This document shows positions 29,067-37,933 of a DNA stretch of 64,000 nt, piece after piece. Numbering within the stretch: the stretch's first letter is position 1; every line of letters begins with the position of its first letter. The position numbers were made by a program, and so were the translations under genes. The DNA comes from an uncultured Desulfosarcina sp. (GTDB lineage: Bacteria; Desulfobacterota; Desulfobacteria; Desulfobacterales; Desulfosarcinaceae), in the NCBI GenBank assembly GCA_963674945.2, contig CAXXWQ010000004.1, positions 2,272,001 to 2,336,000 on the forward strand. Direction: 5' to 3'. The notes below the pieces were generated by a model, which saw only the letters and a list, made by a program, of their open reading frames with translations, was not told the DNA's origin and did not search any database.

Positions 29067-30137
29067 ATGAGCCAATTTCCGACCCAATTGCCATCCTTAC
29101 CCAAGCCCCGTTGGAAGGCGCTTTTGGAAAGATCCGTGACTACAGGCGAGCAGCTGGCCCGACACTTCGACATCGAACCTTTCCGGCTGAAACCCGCCAT
29201 CGGAAAGTTTCCCATGCGGATCACCCCCTACTACCTGTCGCTGATTCGGCGCCCCGGTGATCCCTTATGGCGGCAGGTGGTTCCCGATCCATCCGAGTTG
29301 ACGGATCCCTTTGGAACGGCCGATCCTCTGTGCGAGGAGGCGGCATCACCGGTGCCCGGCCTCATCCATCGATATCCGGACCGGGTGGTGCTGCTGGCAT
29401 CGGCACAATGCGCCGTGGTCTGCCGTTTTTGCATGCGAAAACGACGAGCGGGCGGCGCATCCATGCAGAACCTGTTTGATGCCTGGCTGGATTACATTAA
29501 GAAAACACCCATGATCCATGAGGTCATCCTCTCCGGCGGGGATCCCCTCATCCTGGATGACGAACCCTTGTCAAAGATACTGGAGGGGATCCGAAAGATC
29601 GACCATGTCGGGCCGATCCGGATCCATTCGCGCATGCCCTGCACCCTGCCCCAGCGGATAACCAAGGATCTGGTGCGGATGCTCGGATCCTTTTCCCCCG
29701 TGTTCCTCAATATCCACTTCAACCATCCGGACGAGATCACCCGGCAGTCGGCCGATGCCTGTGCCAAAATGGCCGACGCCGGCATCCCCTTGGGATCTCA
29801 AACGGTCCTGCTGAAAGGGGTCAACGACGACGCCAAGGTCATGCACCGGCTCATGGAGAAGCTATTGGCCATCCGGGTACGCCCCTACTACCTGCACCAG
29901 TTGGATCGGGTGCAGGGTACCGGCCATTTCCACGTGCCCCTATCAACGGGGCTATTGATCATGGACCGGCTTCGGGGACGATTGTCCGGAATGGGAGTAC
30001 CCCACTACATGGTGGACCTTCCCGGGGGCGGTGGGAAAGTACCCCTGATACCCGAATACGTGACACGAAGGGGAAATGATACCTGGACCATCAGAAATTA
30101 TGAGGGCCGGCATTTTACTTATAAGTCCAGGGCTTGA
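29067..30137 (+). CDS. KamA-family radical SAM aminomutase (lysine 2,3-aminomutase/EpmB-like)
   Basis: HRYPDRV, CAVVCRFC, LSGGDP, HFNHPDE, QTVLLKGVND, PGGGGK. Confidence 0.9.
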   Translation: MSQFPTQLPSLPKPRWKALLERSVTTGEQLARHFDIEPFRLKPAIGKFPMRITPYYLSLIRRPGDPLWRQVVPDPSELTDPFGTADPLCEEAASPVPGLIHRYPDRVVLLASAQCAVVCRFCMRKRRAGGASMQNLFDAWLDYIKKTPMIHEVILSGGDPLILDDEPLSKILEGIRKIDHVGPIRIHSRMPCTLPQRITKDLVRMLGSFSPVFLNIHFNHPDEITRQSADACAKMADAGIPLGSQTVLLKGVNDDAKVMHRLMEKLLAIRVRPYYLHQLDRVQGTGHFHVPLSTGLLIMDRLRGRLSGMGVPHYMVDLPGGGGKVPLIPEYVTRRGNDTWTIRNYEGRHFTYKSRA

Positions 30138-30936
30138 AACGGCGAGGAACCAGCATGGGCACGTTCTTCTGGTACCTCCGGTAGTCATCACCGAAGCAGT
30201 TCACCAGGTCCCGCTCCTCCAATGTGGCGCCGATGATGATCCATATGGTCCACAACGCGTTGTGGATCGGACGATCTATTGTGAAAACCGGCGCGGTCCA
30301 GATGAGAATCAAGGCGAACAGGTATTGGGGGTGCCGCACCCATCCATAGGGGCCACGAACGATGAAGGGATCGGGTGCAACGGTGAGACGGCCGTTCAAG
30401 GCCGCCACGGCAGGCTTGACACCCAAAGGATCGAAATCCCGCAAGGCCAGCCCTCCCCACAAAGCACCTATGCAAGCGGATAAAAACAAAAGAATCAACA
30501 ACCGGCGAATCCAATCGGGTGGTATCCAAAGGGGCGTTCCGACCGGTTGCCATAACCCCGTCAAAATCAGAAGACAGATTCCCGAGGCAGCGGCGAACAG
30601 GGCCCCGTGAAAATCGGCACGGACGGTTCGTGTCAGCCGGAGACGGAATCCGCCCCGCACCATGATGCTGTGCTGAGAAAAAAAGATCAGGCACAAGACG
30701 GCATCAAAAAGGAGTCGTCCCGTATCGCTCATTGAAAAAACCACAGGCGATACGGCCCCGAATGCCAAAAAAACCAGCCAGGCAAGCATGCCGCCGCCGC
30801 CCAAGAGGTAGGCGGCCCCCACGAGAATGATACCGCCTGGTCTTCGGGATACCAGCTGAGTAGCTGCGGCTCTACGGGCCTGGGCATCTCCCACCGCCGA
30901 TATTTTACATGTGGGATGGCTTTTTTGCTGCTGCAT
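30115..30936 (-). CDS. Membrane methyltransferase of the ICMT/MddA/nurim family
   Basis: Multi-TM; QHSIMVR, GPYGWVRHPQY, EERDL..FGDDY..Y...VPM. Confidence 0.78.
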   Translation of the reverse strand: MQQQKSHPTCKISAVGDAQARRAAATQLVSRRPGGIILVGAAYLLGGGGMLAWLVFLAFGAVSPVVFSMSDTGRLLFDAVLCLIFFSQHSIMVRGGFRLRLTRTVRADFHGALFAAASGICLLILTGLWQPVGTPLWIPPDWIRRLLILLFLSACIGALWGGLALRDFDPLGVKPAVAALNGRLTVAPDPFIVRGPYGWVRHPQYLFALILIWTAPVFTIDRPIHNALWTIWIIIGATLEERDLVNCFGDDYRRYQKNVPMLVPRRFKPWTYK

Positions 30937-31056
30937 GTTGGGGTTTTCCGGGTCGATTCAATGATGATGAACGTCTTATTCGAATATCATTTTTACGCCA
31001 ATCGGCAAACCCATTTATACAGAATTGCCGTGAAACGGTACATTCACACCGATACG

Positions 31057-33108
31057 TCAACGGTGTACACACTGCGGTGTGGTGAGAACATTTCTTAATC
31101 CTGCCTCCTTAATCAGTACCAGGGATAAAGCATCCGACAGTTCGTCGATTGGGGCGATGGTCAGTCCATCCTGGATCTCTTCGGGAACCCTGGCAAGGTC
31201 GACGATATTTTTCGATGGGAGAACGACGGTATCGACGCCAGCCCTGAGGGCGGCCAGGAGTTTTTCCTTGAGGCCGCCTACGGGCAACACCCTTCCGGTC
31301 AGTGTCAATTCACCTGTCATTGCCGTTTTTCGATGGCATGGTATGTCGAGAATGACGGAAAGCAGGGCTATGGCAATGGGAAGTCCCGATGATGTTCCGT
31401 CTTTGGGAATGGCGCCTGCCGGAATGTGGATATGGATATCATGTTGCTGAAAAAAGTCTTCGTCGATTTCAAACGTCGCTGCGTTGCTTCGGATATAACT
31501 CATGGCCGCCCGTGCCGACTCTTTCATCACCGTTCCCAGAGAGCCGGTAAGAATGAGCTGGTTGCTTCCCCTCATCTTCGTGGCTTCGATAAAAACGATT
31601 TCTCCACCGGTTTGGGTCCACGCAAGACCCGTTGCGACACCGACACGATCTTTGGCCTGGGCCGCTTCAAAGGCAAATTTGCGAGGGCCCAGCATTTCTG
31701 TCACGGTTTCTTCCGTAACCCTTATTCCGTTTTGGTCGTTGGCGATATCGATCTGGTCTACGGCGATTTTTCTGCACACACTGGCGATTTGGCGCTGAAG
31801 GCCGCGCAAACCGGCTTCGCGTGTGTATTCACGGATAATTTTTGTCGTCGCCGACGGTGTGAAAGAAACGCACCTGCTTTTCAGGCCGTTTGCCTCGATC
31901 TCCCTGGGTATCAAATGGTTGACGGCAATCTGAATCTTTTCTTTCTCCGTATAGCCGGAGAGCCACAACACTTCCAGTCGGTCGAGCAGCGCTTCCGGAA
32001 TCGAATCGACCGTGTTGGCCGTGGCGATGAACATGACCTTGGACAGATCGAAGGGAAGATCCAGATAGTGGTCTATGAAGTGCGTGTTTTGCTGCGGATC
32101 CAGTACCTCCAGGAGAACCGATGCCGGGTCGCCCTTGAACTCCTGGCTGATTTTATCGATCTCATCCAGCATAAAGACCGGATTGTTTGTCTCGCAACGA
32201 CGAATCTCCTGGATGATTCGACCGGGCAGTGCGCCCACATAACTTCGACGGTGCCCGCGAAGCTGGGCCTCGTCTTTCATGCCGGCCAGAGATATGCGAA
32301 CAAAGCGGCGCTGCATGCTTTTTGCGATGGATAATCCCAACGAGGTCTTTCCCGTGCCCGGTGGTCCGACAAAACAGATCACCGGCCCCCGGTTTTCAAA
32401 GCGATGCATTTTGCGACCCAGCGCTTTTTTTACCGTGGATCGGATCTCATCGAGCTTCAGCGGTTTGGCCAGAAAATGGTAGGATCCTTTTCTCATTGCG
32501 GATACGGCCGCCGGAACCGTAGCATATCCGGTAATGATGATCACCTCGGTATCCGGGTTTTTTGCTTTTGCGGCCTCCAGGACCGCCATGCCATCTGCCT
32601 TATCCATTTTCAAGTCGGTTATCACGAGATCGAAAGCCCGCTTTTTCAAACACGCCATGGCTTCCAATCCGTCCATGGCGGTTTCGACTTCATACTTTTC
32701 GTTTGTAAGTACGTGTTCTAAGTTTTTTCGGGTGATTTTTTCATCGTCTACTACCAAAATGGCGGGACGATACTCACAGAGCAGTATCCGCACGGCCAGA
32801 TGTTCCAGCACCCGGTTTTTGACTTCCGAAAGACCGTCATGTTCCGCATCCAGCACCGATTTTGCGGCGGACAGATCGAGTCGGTCCTCGCTGCTCCGAC
32901 TCCACGGAATGTTGGTCAAGTAATCCATATAATTGATGCCAATGGTATGCTCGGCGCTGCCCGGTGCCATCTTCGCGATCCGTTCAATCTCCTTTAGGGC
33001 GACCCGTTCCACATCCTGCGACATTCCTGCGGCATATACCGATCGACGGTACTCTTCGAATTCATCGACCTGCACTTCATGGACATCATCTCTTTTGAAA
33101 AGTTTCAT
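31057..33108 (-). CDS. lon: Lon protease lacking the N-domain, with a receiver domain inserted in the AAA+ module
   Basis: GPPGTGKT, LDEIDK, RGHRRSYVGALPG, PKDGTSSG (Ser), GGLKEK (Lys); REC motifs VVDDE, ITDLKM, ITGY, AKP. Confidence 0.92.
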   Translation of the reverse strand: MKLFKRDDVHEVQVDEFEEYRRSVYAAGMSQDVERVALKEIERIAKMAPGSAEHTIGINYMDYLTNIPWSRSSEDRLDLSAAKSVLDAEHDGLSEVKNRVLEHLAVRILLCEYRPAILVVDDEKITRKNLEHVLTNEKYEVETAMDGLEAMACLKKRAFDLVITDLKMDKADGMAVLEAAKAKNPDTEVIIITGYATVPAAVSAMRKGSYHFLAKPLKLDEIRSTVKKALGRKMHRFENRGPVICFVGPPGTGKTSLGLSIAKSMQRRFVRISLAGMKDEAQLRGHRRSYVGALPGRIIQEIRRCETNNPVFMLDEIDKISQEFKGDPASVLLEVLDPQQNTHFIDHYLDLPFDLSKVMFIATANTVDSIPEALLDRLEVLWLSGYTEKEKIQIAVNHLIPREIEANGLKSRCVSFTPSATTKIIREYTREAGLRGLQRQIASVCRKIAVDQIDIANDQNGIRVTEETVTEMLGPRKFAFEAAQAKDRVGVATGLAWTQTGGEIVFIEATKMRGSNQLILTGSLGTVMKESARAAMSYIRSNAATFEIDEDFFQQHDIHIHIPAGAIPKDGTSSGLPIAIALLSVILDIPCHRKTAMTGELTLTGRVLPVGGLKEKLLAALRAGVDTVVLPSKNIVDLARVPEEIQDGLTIAPIDELSDALSLVLIKEAGLRNVLTTPQCVHR

Positions 33109-33396
33109 GTTTGGCTTCCAGGGAAAGGTTGGCCGCCCGCCTGAGAAAAAGGCGACTTTTTGTTGTTAAAGGAAAATTCCTTACGAGTCTTGCATTGGTG
33201 CAAGAACCGTTCACACTTGCCAAATTTTTTTCCATGGGGTTGGCACCCCTTCTTTTATTTCATAATCCAGGACCCAGTGAAGGCAAAACAGCCGAAGAAC
33301 GATAGATTACAGAGACCGCCTGTGAATTTGATTGTCTTTTATACTGTCTTATCCTGATTCTACCGCCTCGTCCACTCCCATCATCACAGGCAATCC

Positions 33397-33498
33397 GTTG
33401 CAATCCGCAACAGTCAACATGATTTTTGTAACAAAGGATAAGCTTTCGATATTGCATTGTTTTCTCTGCACGCATCTTTTTACGTTGCATATTGTAAC
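33397..33498. promoter_or_regulatory. Two candidate bEBP enhancer palindromes (GTTGCA-N3-TGCAAC-like)
   Basis: GTTGCAATCCGCAAC at 33397-33411 and GTTGCATATTGTAAC at 33484-33498. Confidence 0.6.
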
Positions 33499-33578
33499 GG
33501 TTGGATGTTTTTTGGTCGGGGCGCGCAGAAAGCATAAATAAACAAATATATCTGATGCTTATGCTCCATTGTTCATGC

Positions 33579-33593
33579 TGGCACATCCATTGA
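33579..33593 (+). promoter_or_regulatory. Sigma54 (-24/-12) promoter
   Basis: TGGCAC-N5-TTGA (GA variant at -12); AT-rich DNA upstream; a sigma54 activator is encoded in the operon. Confidence 0.65.
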
Positions 33594-33664
33594 AATGGAC
33601 ATGCGCATCGAAGCCAATTCCCCGAAACCCGAAACCGAAAAATAAATCAAAAGGAGGCTTTATC

Positions 33665-33859
33665 ATGTCACACGCAATACAATGGCTGGATGCCTTTGAA
33701 CGATTGATGACAGCCGTGACCTTTGCCGAAAAAAATGATCAAAAAACCGCAAAATGGATATTGAAGTCCAAAACACCTTCCAATGTGATGATGTTCTCAC
33801 AAAAAGCCAAATCAAAACCGGTGAACCGGCCAGTTGAAAGAATGTCACTCAATCCTTAG
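33665..33859 (+). CDS. 64-aa small protein with the MTAVTFAE motif
   Basis: AAAGGAGG RBS; motif shared with the next gene. Confidence 0.8.
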   Translation: MSHAIQWLDAFERLMTAVTFAEKNDQKTAKWILKSKTPSNVMMFSQKAKSKPVNRPVERMSLNP

Positions 33860-33881
33860 CAGATATTCCATCAGGGATCCC

Positions 33882-34415
33882 ATGCAAACAGTCTTATATG
33901 CCATCGATCACATGAAGCCGGACAAACAATCCCTGGCATACGCCTTGACATTGTGCCGGCGGATGATGACCAGGCTGGATGTACTGCATATCCTCCAAAC
34001 GCCGCATGGCCACCGCTATCCGCTGAAACGCATTACATCCGGTATCCTCAAGGCAAGGGATGCCTTTGAGAAGGCCATGGTAAAGGCAACCTTTGCAGAA
34101 GCCGGAGCACCGGATTACGAGAATGTATTGAAGGAAGCGGCATACGAAGCGTTTCAGCGTGTGCTGCCGGATGCCACGGATTCACGTTTCGATTATCACT
34201 GTATCGTCACCAACGAAAGCCCAGACACCGTTATCCAGCGATATGTCCATGACCACCGAAAAGTCGTCCTCGCTGTGTATGACACACCGCACATGTCCTC
34301 GTATTCCAAGAAGACTGGAAGTGCTTCGCCCCGGCAAACGGGTTTGCCGAAATTACCGATTCCGCTGGTTACGGTGAAAGATATTCGAAAGAAAATAAAT
34401 AAAGGAGACGAGTAA
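33882..34415 (+). CDS. USP-like hypothetical protein containing MVKATFAEAG
   Basis: USP-like start (VLYAID...SLAYALTLC...LDVLHI) and end (IPLVTV). Confidence 0.72.
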   Translation: MQTVLYAIDHMKPDKQSLAYALTLCRRMMTRLDVLHILQTPHGHRYPLKRITSGILKARDAFEKAMVKATFAEAGAPDYENVLKEAAYEAFQRVLPDATDSRFDYHCIVTNESPDTVIQRYVHDHRKVVLAVYDTPHMSSYSKKTGSASPRQTGLPKLPIPLVTVKDIRKKINKGDE

Positions 34416-34416
34416 A

Positions 34417-34953
34417 ATGAGAAATCTATTTAAGAGAAGAAAGAAAAATAAGGCGAGCAACCATGTGCAAGACGGGAAAAAGATGGATCAAACATCTTCC
34501 GAATCGAAACAGATCGAAGGCATGAATGCACCCGGCGCAATCGAAGGTAAACTTGTCGTTATGGGCCGGGAAAGTGACTTTTCTCAGGAAGTGATAAGCT
34601 ATGCCGTCGATATGGCAAAAAGAATGTCCTTTGAAATTCTGGCGTTGAACAGTGCCCCACTCAACTGCGACGCGTTCAGTCTTTTTTCCACCTCGAAGCA
34701 CAAACTGTGCAATGAATTCAAGGCAATTTCGGAAAAAAACGCCATGGCATTCCGCCAGGCCGCCGAGGAAAACAGCATTCCATTTACCCAAATCATCAAG
34801 TTTGACGAACCGGAGAAGGCGCTTTCCGAGGTTCAGCGAGAATTCGGACAGATCGAATTTGTCATTTCCGAACCGCAATCATCACCGGACGTGAACCGTG
34901 TTTCCAATCAAAATCGCCCCCAAAACGAAGTCTTGGTCTATTCGATGATTTAA
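34417..34953 (+). CDS. USP-like hypothetical protein
   Basis: AAAGGAG RBS; LVVMGRESDFSQEVISYAVDMAKRM..EILALN, IEFVISEP. Confidence 0.72.
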   Translation: MRNLFKRRKKNKASNHVQDGKKMDQTSSESKQIEGMNAPGAIEGKLVVMGRESDFSQEVISYAVDMAKRMSFEILALNSAPLNCDAFSLFSTSKHKLCNEFKAISEKNAMAFRQAAEENSIPFTQIIKFDEPEKALSEVQREFGQIEFVISEPQSSPDVNRVSNQNRPQNEVLVYSMI

Positions 34954-34979
34954 ACGTAAATGGGAAAAGGATCACTATC

Positions 34980-35060
34980 ATGAACTATCATTTTTTTCTA
35001 TCCATGGGATTGATCGTCGTTGCCTTCGGCATTTGCTTCTATTTCCGGAGGGAAAAATAA
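34980..35060 (+). CDS. 26-aa single-TM small protein MNYHFFLSMGLIVVAFGICFYFRREK (below the ORF-track cutoff)
   Basis: AAGGA 8 nt before ATG; hydrophobic core followed by RREK. Confidence 0.5.
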   Translation: MNYHFFLSMGLIVVAFGICFYFRREK

Positions 35061-35167
35061 GTGTCCAGCCAAACCGATTTGTACCGCATTGATGAAACCT
35101 TTCCCACTACCAAGAGGCTCAGTGGGGTTTTGAATGTTTTTGTGAAAGATCGAAAGGAGATCGTTGG

Positions 35168-36979
35168 ATGACGCCCGAAATGATTTTAACCATGACAATG
35201 CTGACGTTCGCCGTCTTGTTGTTCGTGTTCGAGTGGGTGAGAGTGGATGTTGTCGGCATTATTATGATGGTCATGCTGCCGCTGACCGGCTTGATTGCCC
35301 CCAAGGAGGCATTTGTGGGCCTGAGCAGCAATGCCGTTTGTTCCATCATTGCCGTAATTATTATTGGTGCGGGGTTGGATAAGACCGGCGTGATGAATCA
35401 GGTTGCCGGGCCGATCATTAAACTGGCAGGAAACAGCGAGAGTCGAATCATTGCCCTGGTATCGGGGGCCGTCGGCATCATTTCCAGTATGATGCAAAAC
35501 ATCGGTGCGGCAGCCTTGTTCTTACCGGCGACGCAACGAATCGCAAAACGCATGGAAATTCCCGTATCGCGGATACTCATGCCCATGGGATTTTGTGCCA
35601 TCATCGGCGGCACCCTGACACTGGTGGGGGCAAGCCCAACGATACTGCTCAATGACCTGATGGTTTTGGGTGGAGAGAAGCTGGAGCCTTTCGGTCTTTT
35701 TACCCAGACACCCATCGGTCTTTGCCTGTTGGTCGCCGCCATTGCCTACTTTATCTTATTCGGTAAGTTTGTCCTGCCGGCCGGGAAGGGGACGGCGGAT
35801 CGTGGTGTGACAGCCTCATTGATGGACGAGTACAAGGCCATCGGCAATACCTTCGAGCTTCAGGTACCCGAGAACTTCGAGGGGCCCAGGACATTGCAGG
35901 AATTAGAGATCCGCTCCAAATTTCTGGTCACCATCGTCGGCATCCATCATGACGGCGAGAAAAGAATCAACCTGACCCCCAGAAGCAACAACGATATCAT
36001 GGCCAAAGATACCATCGCCGTCATGGGCAAAGAGAAAAACGTTGGCAGGATGGCCGCAGAACTGGGGTGGACGCTGAAAGAAGGCCTGGAAGTGTTTGTG
36101 GAAAGCCTGGCGCGAACCAGTGCGGGCCTTGCCGAAACCGTGGTATCGCCACGCTCTGAGCTGATCGGAAAGTCCATGGACCAGATCAATTTCAAGGAGT
36201 TGTACAACCTTAATCCGGTGGCGCTGTTCAAGGGCAATCGGATCTACTACAGCGGTTTAACGCAAATGGCCCTTTCCATGGGGGACACGTTGCTCCTCCA
36301 GGGACCATGGGAGCGTTTTCATCTGTTGAAAAACCAACCCCAACCGCGGGCGCTGACATTTGCCACACCACTGGAGGGCGAAATCTTACGGCCCCAGAAA
36401 GCGAAGTTGGCAGTATTCTGGCTGGCACTGTCGCTGCTGCAGATCATCGCTTTCAAGATCCAACTCTCCGTCGCGCTCATGTCCGGTGCCCTGGGAATGA
36501 TTATTACCGGCGTCTTGAGTATCGATGAGGCATATCATTCCGTGGACTGGATGACCGTCTTTTTGCTTGCCGGGCTGATCCCATTGGGTTTGGCTTTCGA
36601 AAAAACCGGTACCGCAGCATTCATTGCCACCAAGGTATTGGGATTGCTGGGACATCCGACACCCATTGTCTTGCTGACGGCCGTCGGCATCATGACATCG
36701 ATTTTCACCCTGTTTATTTCCAATGTCGGCGCCACTGTGCTGCTGGTCCCGCTGTGCATGAACATGGCGGTGATGGCGTCGGTGGATCCCCGCATGGCAG
36801 CGCTGGTGGTTGGGCTTTCGGCATCGAACACCTTCGTGCTGCCGACGCATCAGGTCAATGCCCTGGTGATGCGACCCGGCGGATACCGGACCGCTGATTA
36901 CGCCAAGGCAGGCTTTGTCATGACTTTCATTTTTCTAGTGGTGGAACTGACGATCATCTACTTTTTCTACGGCATTTGA
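35168..36979 (+). CDS. SLC13/CitMHS-family permease with TrkA-C (RCK-C) domains
   Basis: MQNIGAAALFLP, GGTLTLVG, ISNVGATVLLVP, PTHQVNAL; hydrophilic central domain. Confidence 0.9.
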   Translation: MTPEMILTMTMLTFAVLLFVFEWVRVDVVGIIMMVMLPLTGLIAPKEAFVGLSSNAVCSIIAVIIIGAGLDKTGVMNQVAGPIIKLAGNSESRIIALVSGAVGIISSMMQNIGAAALFLPATQRIAKRMEIPVSRILMPMGFCAIIGGTLTLVGASPTILLNDLMVLGGEKLEPFGLFTQTPIGLCLLVAAIAYFILFGKFVLPAGKGTADRGVTASLMDEYKAIGNTFELQVPENFEGPRTLQELEIRSKFLVTIVGIHHDGEKRINLTPRSNNDIMAKDTIAVMGKEKNVGRMAAELGWTLKEGLEVFVESLARTSAGLAETVVSPRSELIGKSMDQINFKELYNLNPVALFKGNRIYYSGLTQMALSMGDTLLLQGPWERFHLLKNQPQPRALTFATPLEGEILRPQKAKLAVFWLALSLLQIIAFKIQLSVALMSGALGMIITGVLSIDEAYHSVDWMTVFLLAGLIPLGLAFEKTGTAAFIATKVLGLLGHPTPIVLLTAVGIMTSIFTLFISNVGATVLLVPLCMNMAVMASVDPRMAALVVGLSASNTFVLPTHQVNALVMRPGGYRTADYAKAGFVMTFIFLVVELTIIYFFYGI

Positions 36980-37034
36980 TGATCCCAATGGATTCGATGT
37001 CGTTAACCATCAAAATGCCGAGGATGTCGACAAT

Positions 37035-37886
37035 ATGGCAATTATTACCATCTCGAGGGGTTGTTATAGTCACGGGCAAGAAATCGCCCAGTGTGTCGCT
37101 GCCAAACTTTCATACGCGTGCGTAAGCCAGGAGGAGGTGTTACAAAATACCTCATCTTCTCATTCGCCGGAAAATCAACTGATCGAATCTCTTCACGATG
37201 CACCCGGCATTATTGAACGTATTTCCCATGCCCGCCAACGGTTTATCGACGAGTTTCAAGCCGCGCTGCTGGCCTATGTGGTAAAAGATGGCGTAGTGTA
37301 TCATGGCTTTGCCGGACAGATCCTGCTGGGCAACATTTCCCATGTAATTAAGGTTCGTGTCGTCGCGGATATGGAGGATCGGATACGGCTGTTGAAAAGA
37401 CAGCAGCATCTTACACGAAAGGAGGCACAACACATCATCGAAAAGGAGGACCACGAAAGGGCCGAATGGTACCGGACCATTTACAGAATCGATATGAACG
37501 ATCCTGCGTATTATGATATTGTCTTGCATATCGGCCAGTTGACTATACCGGAGGCATGCGATATCATCTGTCATGCAGCGGGCTTGGACAGTTTTTCGAC
37601 GACACCGGCGTCCCAGTTCGCGTTAATGGACCTATCCCTGGAAAGTAATGTTCGGTGTGCTTTGGCTGAAATCTGCAAAGCCGATGTGGTTTCAAAAGAG
37701 GGAATTGTTCACATTCGGGTAAAGGGCAACAAACTGAAAGCGGCAAGTGTTACCAGTCCTGACGTTCAGCATCAGGTACAGGACCAAATCCGGCAGGACC
37801 TGTATGATAAGATCATCTCGGTGGTAACAAAAATTCCAGAAGTGAAAGATATCGACTGTGTGATCGATATGCCCTATTATGCCTGA
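37035..37886 (+). CDS. Cytidylate-kinase-like family protein
   Basis: MAIITISRGCYSHGQEIA, VYHG, KVRVVADMEDRI, DP..YDIVL; no canonical GKS/T. Confidence 0.85.
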   Translation: MAIITISRGCYSHGQEIAQCVAAKLSYACVSQEEVLQNTSSSHSPENQLIESLHDAPGIIERISHARQRFIDEFQAALLAYVVKDGVVYHGFAGQILLGNISHVIKVRVVADMEDRIRLLKRQQHLTRKEAQHIIEKEDHERAEWYRTIYRIDMNDPAYYDIVLHIGQLTIPEACDIICHAAGLDSFSTTPASQFALMDLSLESNVRCALAEICKADVVSKEGIVHIRVKGNKLKAASVTSPDVQHQVQDQIRQDLYDKIISVVTKIPEVKDIDCVIDMPYYA

Positions 37887-37933
37887 AATCTACTGTTTCA
37901 CCGGTTGAAATCGATTGTGTCAGAGAAATCCTT

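Noticed and set aside
29067..30137. Calling the KamA gene epmB or ablA
   Set aside because: No efp/epmA or ablB neighbour, so substrate cannot be assigned from sequence alone
33209..33256. TGGCA-containing sites as a sigma54 promoter for lon
   Set aside because: No TTGC at the required -12 spacing on either strand
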